DNA of 57,860 bases, the filler included, from Sphacelaria rigidula (Eukaryota): NCBI GenBank assembly GCA_964200075.2. It is 9 parts of 9 records of this genome, joined end to end, with 100 filler letters (N's around TTAATTAATTAA, not from the genome) between each part and the next. Parts side by side here need not be neighbours in the genome. Positions count along the whole stretch, not along the records: positions 32,201 to 38,540 come from CAXNAA020020672.1; positions 38,641 to 44,980 come from CAXNAA020020673.1; positions 45,081 to 51,420 come from CAXNAA020020674.1; 6 more parts are not named here. One strand, 5' to 3'. The notes under the pieces are model-generated. The model was not told the DNA's origin, ran no database searches, and saw only the letters and a list, made by a program, of their open reading frames with translations. Positions 34,700 to 45,799 of this stretch are shown here, in pieces. Within the stretch, counting starts at the first letter, position 1. The number at the start of each line of letters is the position of its first letter. The position numbers and the translations under genes were made by a program.

Positions 34700-35800
34700 G
34701 TCGTGCTCTGGCCGAGACCAGCCAACGACGCGCGGTGGAAATAGAGAATCATGCCCGGCCGACCGCAGACCAGGTGGCATCGACCATGGCCCGGCTAAGC
34801 ACATACCGGGGATGTCGGCAAGCGGAGACCAACCTTCACGACCGTCGTCGGGCGTCTTCGCAGCCCAGCCAAACTCTACCTGCGCCCGCTACTTAGGTCG
34901 TCCCGCCCTCGACCCTGTCGACGGCTCTTCCTACCGCATTCCGCGTACGCGCTTGGACCCGGAGGTCCCACTACCGCTCTTCTGTTTCAGCTGCGGCTGG
35001 TGACAGCGCTGTTTATCAGCCGCTTCTACCGTCTTCCATGCCTCTGGTACTTCCCGAGCCGTATCATACACGAGTCCAGGGTTCTCTTTCCACCCCCCCT
35101 TTATGTGGAGCATATCGAGTACTTGTGTCTTGTATTCCGGGGAGGATATGCCGGCGAGCGATTCCCGCGTAATCATCTGAGCGGGTCCTACTTTGAACGT
35201 CTCGTCCTCGCGGAACGCGCGCTCGATGCTCGCATTTCCGGCAAATAACTCCTTGAGGGCACCCCACTGTCCCTCGATTCTACCCATGGCAGTCGGCTCG
35301 TTGCGAGCGGCCAACGTCTTCCGCACACCCGCAGCAGCAACTGAAGGATCGATCTCTGTATCAGTTCACCATTTTGCATGTCGGCCTAGTGCCTCCTTCA
35401 GATGTTCATCATCGGGTACCGATCCATCAAATATTATACGTGACAAACACGCGCGAATGTGCTCAGGCACGAGCTCTGTCACATTCAATACAGCGGTCCG
35501 TACTGTACGTCCCTTATTGCTCAATTGCAGAGCTTCTTCGTAAATCCGTATATCTTCAACAAAACCGTCGGGAGGCATCTTCGCTGAAATGCCGTCCGTA
35601 CCCCGATGCTTTCAGCGATCCGCCTGGCATAAACTCAGTAAATTTAAACGTCATCTCATCGCCTGCATCGCTCCCACCTCCTTTCCCGCGCGCTGCCATT
35701 CTTCTCTAGCTGAACACAATGCTTCCAGCCAACGTGATCGTCCCTCTGTTCAACGAGCTGCAACGAGCTGCCTCGCGTTATAGACTGCACACCTGTCTGT
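34700..35800 (-). pseudogene. Decayed Gag-like ORF of an LTR or tyrosine-recombinase retroelement
   Basis: ORFs 35366..35578 and 34931..35326 are in the same frame, separated by one stop. Helical core, then a basic low-complexity linker, then degenerate knuckle-like VCA*PGH..C and VCGRPG at ~34760-34810. Confidence 0.5.
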
Positions 35801-37139
35801 GTACAATCAATTTTGTTTTTTAGCAGAGACTGTCCGCAGCTGAAAAACACTGTGCCAGAAACCAGCGGGTTCCCCGAATAAACGTTTATTATAGATTCCT
35901 CCTGGACTCAGAACAAGGCCACAAGACTGCTTCAAGGGCTTTCTCCTTCACTAGGGCCTGGAGACTCCAGGACCGATGTTATTCACAGACACACAGTCTT
36001 CGTTATCGGAAGTGACATGCTGCACCTCCTTGAACACATATAATGTCAAGCAGTCATAGTCATACTCTAGAGAATATCGCCAGACCTAATATCATTATGC
36101 AAAGTTCATATCCAAACCTCCATGCATCAACCTGCAGCTACTCATGCATCTGTACGTGTACTAAAGGTGGACTACTCTACAGGTCAAACCGGCCAGCCTA
36201 CGCCACACTTGCCACCCCCAGCACCAACCGGGCCCGATCATCGCCTCCCGCCACCGTCACCGCCGATGCCAGCGCCGGAAGCAACACACATCACACCGCG
36301 CCCCTACACCTCACCGTGGCCGGGTATAAGCGTTGATGGTTTGATCTCACCGTTGTCTACTTCAGCGGACAAAGTGATTTCAACAACAACTTTCTCGAAG
36401 TGTTGCGGAAGGCTTGGACCACTCTCTGCTGCACTCAGTCATTGACCCATATCTCGAGCACGGTGGTCCCTTCCCTGCAAATGGACCTTCCCTCACCCCG
36501 GGTCACATAGCCGCGTGCATGTTGATCGGTGCGCGGGACCTGACTTACCGGTACACCAGCTGGCGGTCAGCCCCCTTTGCAAATGACTCCCCGCCGCGTT
36601 CCTCCGCGCCGCGTTTCAGACGGCCACCTGCTTCATCGATGAGGGATGGGCTCTGCCTGCCACGGGTTGTACAGGCAACCGTACTCACCGGATTGACGAG
36701 GACGACAATCACGGCGGAGGCCCTCGACGCCGCCATGGAGGTGGAAGATCTCCGGGTGGATCCGGATCGCGTCGCGCGCCGCAACACGACGAGAGCATCA
36801 ACGGGGCGGTTTGTTGGGCTCTTCGTCCGGGAAACCTTTAATCGGTCCGCCACGGACCCGCCTCCGTCGGTCCCTTCGGTTCCTAGGCAAGTCACATCTC
36901 GGTTCGTCGATGTATCGGACGAAAACAGAGAGTTTCGAAAACACTGAAAAAAAATTGTTTCAGAATCAGGACGCAAAAAATTCAGGACGAAAGCTTTCAA
37001 CAACTTCAGGATGAAGAGCTTCAGGGCGGGAAGCTGTCGTGACGTGGCTTGATGTTACTTCCTTGTTTGCAGAGATTAGCTGCAGAATGCCCCAGTGAAT
37101 GTGCGATCAACCATCCCATTCAAAAATGCAAAAAACCAG

Positions 37140-37375
37140 CTCTGCACTACACAGTAACGAGTCTTTGGTACAGTCAGTACATCATTATTGTACCATACAT
37201 TACACACACCACATCACACCAGATCACACCACATCACACCACACGCCGCTGCGATACACAATAAAATACACTGTAATACACTGCACTGGAGTACTGTGTG
37301 CAGTATACAGTACAGTACAGTGCGATACGAAACACTACAGTACATTGCGGTACGGTACAAACAGCACAGCATTAC
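37140..37375. repeat. Degenerate pentanucleotide microsatellite (CACAY/CAGTA)
   Basis: acatcacaccagatcacaccacatcacacc; tacagtacagtacag. Confidence 0.75.
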
Positions 37376-37687
37376 TTCTAAAGAACAGACGATGCCGCAC
37401 GGCAAAGAGTTTGCACCATGTCACGCAAATGGTGGTGGAAGACGTCATGAACACGGACAGAACGGCAGTGCAGCCAAGTACAGAAGTGCCGCTACGCGGT
37501 ACACTACGAATCGTTCACGCCGTCTTCTTCCAGCTGAACGTACACTAGGCTGGCGATAGCGAGGAACTGTACCCAAAGCCATGTCACCGCCCTTTTTTAC
37601 TTCCGTTGTGACCCTGAACTGCGAATTAAGAGTCTCGGAAACTCTCTAATATTAGGTATTTCAAGTAATGACAGATCGGGTTGCCCG

Positions 37688-38284
37688 TTGCCTTTCGCTT
37701 CAACCCGTGCTTTAGGCGCCGCCGCTGTCGATCAAAAACAGGCCGAAGCTCATACAATAGTAGCCGCCGCTGAAATCGAGGTTACTCGAGGAGCAGTCAT
37801 ACAGAGAGAGTATATTCAGATGGATGTATATATATTTGAACAAATTAAAACCCTACAAAGAAGATTCGGGAAATTTGGGACCGGTCATATCACGTCTATT
37901 CGTCGCAGTGTACGAAATATCCTGCAGTTGGCAGATATCACGGAAGCTCAGCGCTCTGAGGACCCCGTGTGGGTGGATAGTTTGCAGACCCGTCTCCATA
38001 GAGTCTTATGTTGTTTCATCAATCGTCGTTTGCCCGTCGCTGCTCCTTCCTTTACGCAGGTTATTGACAAATTCTTGTCCACGATCGACAAGGATAGTGT
38101 CCCGGGGAAAGCAGGTGCGGTTCCACTCAGTTACCTCGACAGGCGCTTGACAGGGAACCTCGGCAGGAGTATTTCAGGAAGCTCTTTCCAACGCCTTAGT
38201 TCGTTTGGAGTAACTATGAATGTACTGTTTGCGGATTGTATCCGCGGCTTTGAGCTTCTAGTCTCTGGTACTACGGATACCTGA
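37688..38284 (+). CDS. Hypothetical 198-codon open frame, probably a TE ORF relic
   Basis: Protein-like composition with no recognised motif; non-ATG start in the ORF track; followed closely by a MITE. Confidence 0.3.
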   Translation: MPFASTRALGAAAVDQKQAEAHTIVAAAEIEVTRGAVIQREYIQMDVYIFEQIKTLQRRFGKFGTGHITSIRRSVRNILQLADITEAQRSEDPVWVDSLQTRLHRVLCCFINRRLPVAAPSFTQVIDKFLSTIDKDSVPGKAGAVPLSYLDRRLTGNLGRSISGSSFQRLSSFGVTMNVLFADCIRGFELLVSGTTDT

Positions 38285-38363
38285 CGCCAAAGCGGCCCTT
38301 GCGATACCATGTCCCAATCTATGTCCACAATAGCGTACCTGGGCAATTTCCGGAGCTAATGCC

Positions 38364-38540
38364 GAGTGATGCTACGGTAGGGGTACATAAATATTTTCTG
38401 AAGTTACAATTGTTAGGAGCCCTCTATCTCATGCAAAACACGACCTATGAAAATATGTGAAAGTACGACAGGATTACTTTTCCAATGTGCGGGAGACATC
38501 CCGAATAAATTTGTAAACGGGGATATCCTGATCCATATTT
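38364..38540. mobile_element. Sola2-like MITE, cut by the segment end
   Basis: gagtgatgctacggtaggggtac... colinear with 47995-48170. Confidence 0.8.
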
Positions 38541-38707
38541 NNNNNNNNNNNNNNNNNNNNNNNNNNNNNNNNNNNNNNNNNNNNTTAATTAATTAANNNN
38601 NNNNNNNNNNNNNNNNNNNNNNNNNNNNNNNNNNNNNNNNAAGCGAATGATCATAGCCACTCTCAATCGTATCATCTACTCTCAATCTCACGAAAACACT
38701 GTTGTAT

Positions 38708-38960
38708 GGGATTTGGGCAAACTGGCGGGGGGCGCCAAGCACAGATTTTCCCCCACGATATTTTGTTCAGCGGCCAACTCGAAACCTCGGAGCCAAGCGA
38801 ATCTGAAAAGCAGAGTAGGCTCCTCTCTGTGGGGTGATGTAAAGTGTCCAAGACGTGTGTTGGCGATTTTTTCCTGTTTGGGGATCAAAAAGTGGCTCGA
38901 ACGTACCAAAAGTGAACAATCCGTGGGCCAGAAATCGGTTTGCTATAACATCCATCCCTG
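38708..38960. mobile_element. Single arm of the 43765-44585 foldback family
   Basis: ctcggagccaagcgaatctgaaaagcaga, ggctcctctctgtgggg, caaaagtgaacaa and ataacatcc are shared. Confidence 0.8.
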
Positions 38961-38961
38961 C

Positions 38962-39803
38962 CTTAGAAGCGGCCTAGCACTTTTTTCGATCGAAAAAATG
39001 GGACGGTGGAATAGATTTGAGCGAGTTCTTCTCGTTTTTTTTATGCGGTTGAGTCCAGATGTATTTTGAAGTTTTCGATCGAAAATAGACAGATAAATTC
39101 GTGAAACGGTACATGGTCACTCGTCGCGTACAGTACAGATAGTCTGTACTGTCTGTACTGCTAGCAAGCAGGGGGGCTTGAGTGCGTGTGTGGGTGTTTC
39201 GTGAGGGAGGATGTAAGGGAGAAGCGCGAAATAACGTCAGTGCAGACAGTCCAGGACTGTTAATAGTTTTTTCTGTTTACAATGCGACGTGAAAAAAACT
39301 TGAGCAACGTGCAGCTTTGTACTGCCTGCGCTGTCCGTGGGTGCAACTTGGTTGCCCACGGAACCACGCAGTTCCGTCGCTTATTCCTACCATGAGAGAA
39401 GATGCGCAAGTTTCGCCAACAACAAAAAATAAAGAAAGCACACCCGACTACTGCAGTGTATCTATTCCTGTGCTCAACTCGTGCTCTATGCTGCAGGTTT
39501 GCGGTGACAGCTGAGAATGAGTTGGATGGAGTTCACGTGGTCCTGTGACAGGTGTTATTTGGCGTGGTGGTCTGTAAGACAGGCGTCAGGTGCCGCTTCG
39601 TGCCTTTCGACTGCATGTTTTCGATCGAAAACGATTGTTTCTTACCTGAAGCAATCCTTCTCCGTGCGCCGCTAATTTTAATTTTGAGTTAAAGCCTTTT
39701 ACGTACAAACATAAATGCGGTGGGCCTATCAGATTGATGAAAAAAAAATCGATCGCACTTTTTCGATCGAAAACAAGAAGAGTGCCAATGGGACACGCCG
39801 TAA
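38962..39803. mobile_element. Possible degenerate TIR element with a recurrent palindrome TTTTCGATCGAAAA
   Basis: Motif at ~38982, 39072, 39618 and 39759; end similarity is weak. Confidence 0.35.
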
Positions 39804-40322
39804 GTCATCTGTTGAAATCGGCATCAAATCGTAGTTGCCCATAAAAAGTTTTTCGCTCGATCACGTCGAATCAAGAACGACTCATCGGGCAATGTTTCCT
39901 AGACGTTGTCGAACGTCCACCACATATGTCAGTCGACGAGGGCTGTGCAATAATGATCACCATCATCATCATTGATGACAACTAGTTTGCAATAGAATTG
40001 GGTCAACGCCCTCGCGGCGACACTGCTGCCTTTCCTCTTTTCACGCAGCCCCATTTTGCTCCAAAAAGCGTCCATTTTGTTCACTCCTCAAACGTGCATT
40101 TTACAGCGTAGCTTGCTCACGAACGATCAAACTTGCTGCGTGCTCTGGGTTCCCGTGACGAAATGGGAGTCAAATGCGCAGTTGGAACCCGATGGCCCGC
40201 AACTTCGCCGTCATACGTACGCAGAATGACGACGCCGTTTAGAGCATATGTCGGAAAATCAGGTGCACTCTTAGCCTAAACCAAACAAAAAGGATCGTAA
40301 TGACGACGACATGTGCGGTAAG

Positions 40323-40764
40323 AACACGGGATCTTACAAAGTGGGGATCGATCTCTTATTGGGGATGTGAAACCCGGAGAATTAAAATCTTCGTATCCAC
40401 ACCAAATCTTTGAAATATGGTTCCATTTCTTCACCTACTGATAGCTGTTGACACCTGCTACACGCCATAGGAATTTGGATTCCGATTACCGAAATGTCGG
40501 GGTCCTAGGCGAAAAACCAATTTTGGAACCATGTTGGCGTCCGTTCGAACACCCCAAATTCCCCAAATTTGGTTTTTCACCCAGGACCCCAACATTTCGG
40601 TGATCGAAATCCAAATTTGCAGGGCGTGTAGCAGTTGTCAATAGCTATCGGTAGATGAAAACATGGAACCATATTCCGAATATTTGGTGTGGATACGAAG
40701 ATTTTATTTCTCAGGGATTCCCATCCCCAATAAAAGATCCATCATATTTGTAAGATCCCGTGTT
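40323..40764. mobile_element. 442-bp foldback MITE with ~200-bp arms
   Basis: AACACGGGATCTTACAAA...TTTGTAAGATCCCGTGTT; arms match almost to the centre. Second copy at 48470-48887. Confidence 0.9.
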
Positions 40765-41048
40765 TTTTTTGTAGAAAGCTGTTCTGATATCTGCGCAGTA
40801 CTTCTTGCTTCCGTACTGGGCATCTGCTGGATATTTTACCCCTAAAATATATATGTGTTGTAAAGTTGATACACGTTTGGCGTTTCGGCCGTCAAAAGCT
40901 TAATCAAACGAAGAACAGCGGCGAACTCATGAGCAGCCGCTTGCAGCACACACGCTAGCCTAATACTGTTCAGTGACCATGGGTGCTGTTAATCTTGAGC
41001 ATGCACGATTCTCTACACCAGCAACAATACAGTTAAGTGCCCGCTCAC

Positions 41049-42015
41049 CTGTGATCATGAACACCTCGTCGTCCAAATGATGTATGTTGATCTGATCCCA
41101 GGAGCAAATCTCTCCAGGAGATTTCCCGTGCTTGTGAGCGAGTTCGCGAACTACTTGCGCCGCTCGAGTCCACTCGCGAACGCGCACCAGACCTTCCGTG
41201 TTGGTAACATGAGGGTGCAGCACCTTGTGCTTGCCTTCATTTTCGTCAAGAATCATACCCTGATCAGACCAGAACATGGCGCTGTGCATATCCAGATTCT
41301 TCGACGTCAAACCCATCCGCCACTCCAGAGCGAGCTCCGCAGCAGAAACGCCCATTGTACGCATGGCACCGGGAGATAGCATCAGCGATAGACCCTGCAC
41401 GTACCCCGTATTCATCGTCTTGCCATGAGATGTAGTCATACGCCGACTGGAGCTGCCCGCGCCTCCCATCAAACGACGGTGGTCGTCCCAGAAGCCGTGA
41501 TCGAGCAAGCTTGGCGCCATTTTTAGGTTCGACAGAAGCGGGCCGATTCTGTCAACTTTAAATCTGGCAGGGTCGTTCAGCATCAGAGAGGCGTCCGAGG
41601 GAGAGGCCGTGGCAATGAAGCATGCGCCGTGTTCCTCCGAGTGAGCGACAGTTTGCACGTTGTCTGGGGACAGGGTGCTGCGCAGCGACTGGAGAGCATC
41701 AAGCCCTCTCCCGTACTCTGTGCACATGAGATACGGTGCAGCCTTGACTGCGTCTTGCGTGAGCAGTCGCTCTTGATGCCAGTATGACGCCGCTGCATAG
41801 GCGTCGTTGTCGCCTGCGAAGTCCTGTGATGCGGTTGAGAACAGGACTGCCTCGATAACATGGAGGGCAGGATAGGTCGGCGTGAGTGGATCTCGACCAT
41901 CTGCTACTTCCTCCGCTTGGACACCAAGAAGTGTCGAAGATCGTGCTACCAGAGCCGCACCAGCAGTGAGCGCTGTCAGCGTGCTTGATAGTCTCGTCAC
42001 GCGATGAATGACCAT
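41049..42015 (-). CDS. First coding exon of a secreted protein, likely the N-terminal prodomain region of a brown-algal subtilisin-like (S8) peptidase
   Basis: ATG at 42015 (MVIHRVTRLSSTLTALTAGAALV..., signal-like), 322 uninterrupted codons, donor ACAG|gtgagc at 41048. Motifs PYLMCTEYGRG, HSEEHGACFIATAS, LKMAPSLL, FWSD and PGEICSWD match my recollection of Ectocarpus subtilase N-termini. The catalytic domain is not in the window. Confidence 0.75.
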
Positions 42016-43764
42016 GATGCTGCGCACATACGACGTTGACTCCTGCCCTTTCTCGACAGTTGGAGTTGCCACCGCACTAATCTGCGCCGGCAAGCGATAC
42101 AGCGCAAACGGTGCACCGTAGGCAAGCAAGCGCAGAGATACGGTGAATCGATGAGGACACAGAATGGACTGATGGGGCTGTAGGTGATGTATGGGTGTGG
42201 GAGGGAAGAGGAGAGCCATGCGCGCCATGCACGCTTGCCGTTCAACTTTTGAGCAAAAACTTGTGTCCATCTTCTTCTGTTGAATTGGCATGGTGTTTAC
42301 TCGAAAGAATATTCCTCCCAACAGGCGATCCTGGGAAATGCAAACGAGATTTTCCCATGGGAGCGAACCGAGCGGAATTACTGCTCTTCTATAGGTTTAA
42401 TGTCATACACGATTTCGACCTCAGTTCGTCCCCACAGAAAACATTTCGCTCCTATTTTTCAGAACCGCCTGTTTCGTAGCGCTCGAGGATCAATTCGCCT
42501 ACCTCCAGGCATAAAGCAGTGGACGAGCTTTTCGCATATCGTTCATTTGCAACCTGTTCATGAAGGTTCCATAGGTTCGTACTCACAGAAAGACCCGTCC
42601 TCATATTTTTAAACACGTTACATGTGAAAGTCCCCGATTTGAAGTAGTAATCGTCAGGTTGAGAATCAAATATCTGCGAAAATCTCCTGAAGGCAGGCAA
42701 ATGGACGCTTGAGCTAAGACCATCTTTTGCGACACATAAAAAGAGCTCCTGTTAAAAACTACTTTTTAGGGGACCCTTCTCCGTCGTTTCGCACCCGAAG
42801 GTAGGGCGCGGCGGATGTTCACAACAACATGGGTTTACTTGGTCCACTTGTTGAGACTGTTTCTGGGCAACTTTGCGCTGGCCACAGTTTCTTCAGTCGC
42901 CAAACTTGCATTTTTGACGACGAACGCTCGAGTGATGAAAAACGTTCCACCGTGTAGTTTGGCACTTCACCGTTTGTGATTAAAAATGCAAGTTGGGCAA
43001 GCAAAATGATCAAAAAGGGCAAAGACAAAGAAAGGGGGGGTATAGTCCCCTATATTTCAGTCACAATGTAGGTACAGTTAACCGCGCAAGAAGATGAAAA
43101 TGTTTGTGCCAGGCCTAGACCACGAAAAAATCAGTCCGGGCGCAAAGGCAAGGCGCCCACAGCCGATGCAGAGCATGTACACCACCAACGTTCGCGAGAA
43201 GAGAGCGCAATTGACCGGCAGAGCAGCGCCACGGAAAACAAGGGCCGTTGGGTTTCCCCCGCTATGTCTGACAATAATGGGGGTAGGTATACCCCGCAAA
43301 CACTGCTATATTTATCTTGCACCCCATCCTTTCATGTGTTGTCTCATATTATGCCCAATAATAAGATGTTGTAATGTGTACGTCTATTTGACCAATACAT
43401 CCAACCATCCACTCCTAACCAACCAACCAACCAATTGAATAATTAGTTCATTGAAACAACGTATTATGCAATCTGCAGAAAAAAATGGGGAAATTCTACG
43501 AACTCGCCGACAAGGGCGAGGGAGGAGTAACATTTTATTTCAGGAATAATAGCCGATCAGCACGACTGTGTATAGCGGCTGTTCACGACGACTCCTCCGA
43601 GAAATGCAACTTATCAAGATCTGCACCAAAAAATAGGACTAATATGACGGCTCGTCCGAGAAATACAACGTATCGAGATCTGCACCAAAAGAAAGAATGA
43701 ATTTTAAATATACCCATTCTCCGATCTGAACGAGCGGGGAGCGAAAATTGACAAACCAGCCGAT

Positions 43765-44585
43765 GAGGCCGGATGTTATGGCACACAGATTTTTGGCCCA
43801 CAAACTGTTCACTTTTCACTTTTGGGACGCTTGACCCACCTTTTGACCCCCAAGCAGGGAAAACCGCCAACACACGTCTCGGACACTCTGCTGCATTACC
43901 CCACAGAGAGGAGCCTGCCTAGTCTGCTTTTCAGATTCGCGTGGCTCCGAGATTTCGAGATTGGCCGTTGAACAAAAATTCGTGCGCAAAAATCTGTGCT
44001 TGCCGATCCTCGCCAATTTGGGAGATTTTTGCGCACGAATTTTTGTTCAACGGGCAATCTCGGAATCTCGGAGCCAAGCGAATCTGAAAAGCAGACTAGG
44101 CAGGCTCCTCTCTGTGGGGTAATGCAGCAGAGTGTCCGAGACGTGTGTTGGCGGTTTTCCCTGCTTGGGGTCAACACACACGCGGCCATTTGGCTACACC
44201 CCAAAATGCCTCCGGAGGGATGCACGGCCCTCCAGGGGGAAAGCAAGCCTCCTGAGGCCTTCAATTATTCCTCTGGAGGAAACCAAACTCTCTAGCGACC
44301 CGGAGGGCCGCGCACCCCTCCGGAGGAATTTGGGGGTTTGCGCGGCCCTCCAGAGGCGAAAACAATCCTCCGGAGGCGTTTAATCCCTCTGGAGGAAAAA
44401 TAAAAATCTCCCCTGGAGGGCGGCGCACCCCTCCGGAGGCGTTGAATTCCTCTGGAGGCTCGAAACGTTTACCCACCTGGAGGAATTTTGGAGGTAGCAA
44501 AATGGCCGCGTGTGAAGGTGGGTCAAACGTCCCAAAAGTGAACAAGTTGTGGGCCAAAAATCTGTGTGCCATAACATCCGGCCTG
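43765..44585. mobile_element. Foldback element (~240-bp arms, CAGGCCGGATG end) with a nested insertion
   Basis: aggccggatgttatggcacacagatttttggccc...gggccaaaaatctgtgtgccataacatccggcctg; 43850-43993 is the reverse complement of 44024-44170. Confidence 0.9.
44177..44514. mobile_element. 338-bp TIR element with CAC...GTG ends and ~13 internal CCTCYRGAGG-like palindromes
   Basis: TIR CACACGCGGCCATTTKGCTAC. Absent from the opposite arm of the host foldback (empty site ggggtcaaaaggtggg). Confidence 0.85.
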
Positions 44586-45080
44586 AGTACGATCGTATAC
44601 AGACTGCAGACGTTGGGTCGTCCGTGAAACAAAAAAAAAACATATGGTGAGGAAGGGCTTGCCAATGTCGAGTCGTCCGTCGCAATCAATGTACCGATTT
44701 ATTACATTTACAAACTCGTATATCATAGCGAACGTACGGCAGCAGGAGTCAGACAAAAAAAACAGATTCACCGATAAAGACAAACCATCATAATATTATG
44801 AGTATGTACGGATAGGTGGTGAGACAAACACCCACGCTTGAAATGGGTGATGGAGGCGCAAAGCGATGAGTTATGGCGAAATAACGTTGGCGGCGGGAGA
44901 CGACCATATTCAACAGGGTTGCCAGAAAAATGAGAACGTATTTTGAAATGAGAATCAACCGCTCCCCGGGATTGTGTCCANNNNNNNNNNNNNNNNNNNN
45001 NNNNNNNNNNNNNNNNNNNNNNNNTTAATTAATTAANNNNNNNNNNNNNNNNNNNNNNNNNNNNNNNNNNNNNNNNNNNN

Positions 45081-45348
45081 TTATTTTCTGGTATCGCCAC
45101 TTCCAGAGACAGCCACGGCTTATACGCTGCCTCCTGGGTATCTCACCATGACCCACTACGTGATACGATCATCCCCATTGTGCGGAGTTGAGGTTCTCCT
45201 ACGCCGCACAACATGATCTAGCTTGACTACCGTCATGGTTACCGGAAACAAAAACGCAAGCGCGCAAAAAATACCCGGTAACCTGGTTCCCTAGCTTACG
45301 CAGTGAGTGGCGTGTTTTACAGCGTCATCGCCAACCGACGCCAACCCC
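45081..45348 (-). mobile_element. SINE-1 5' half (cut by spacer); a second short fragment at 45363-45408
   Basis: Colinear with 20512-20771. Confidence 0.85.
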
Positions 45349-45410
45349 ATCGGGGGTCCGCCCTACAAAGCCGAGACGGAGCACGCCGGGTTCTCGCCGG
45401 ACCAGGCTAA

Positions 45411-45540
45411 CGGAGAAGTATAGGGGGGGGGCGCAAAGTTGGTGAAGAAGTCAGGAACAGTACAGATGGCAGCAGCTAAGAAAATGCTTGGGTGCTCGAA
45501 AACGACGAGTAATACAGGGCAAGCAACAAATAAGTACGCT
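45411..45540 (+). mobile_element. LINE fragment fused to the LINE 3' tail (internal deletion)
   Basis: VQMAAAKKMLGCSKTTSNT (compare 3650-3755) is joined directly to ggcaagcaacaaataagtacg. Confidence 0.8.
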
Positions 45541-45619
45541 TCTCCTCCTGCTCCTCTGTGTTTGTCCAGTTCAGTCCGTTCATTCTGTCTTTTATTATTC
45601 ATATCCCCCCCTTTCGAGT

Positions 45620-45672
45620 CGGGATGCGTGGTCAATGGTCAAATGACTAAGGCAAGCAACAAATGAGTACGC
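45620..45672 (+). mobile_element. 53-bp 5'-truncated LINE insertion with a 15-bp TSD
   Basis: TSD CCCCCCCTTTCGAGT at 45605-45619 and 45673-45687; the insert encodes GCVVNGQMTKASNK*. Confidence 0.92.
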
Positions 45673-45799
45673 CCCCCCCTTTCGAGTGTACCTTCTTAGG
45701 CGCGTATATATTGTGAGGCGCGTGTATCTTGTTACAGCGGCTTGATTACTCGAGGATCACTTAACGCGCGACAATCAATCAACCAATCGAACAACCAAA

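Noticed and set aside
42016..42321. First ~100 aa of ORF 40960..42321, and its last 30 codons
   Set aside because: The signal-like sequence begins at ATG 42015 and a strong donor lies at 41048; the extensions are likely 5' UTR and intron read-through.
44177..44514. CRISPR-like array of short palindromic repeats with spacers
   Set aside because: The repeat is only 10 bp, the spacers are short and partly repeat each other, the array is TIR-bounded, there are no cas genes, and the context is eukaryotic.
43816..44689. Pairs of similar ORFs on opposite strands (e.g. 43816..44016 and 43996..44295)
   Set aside because: Produced by the palindromic arms of a non-coding foldback element.
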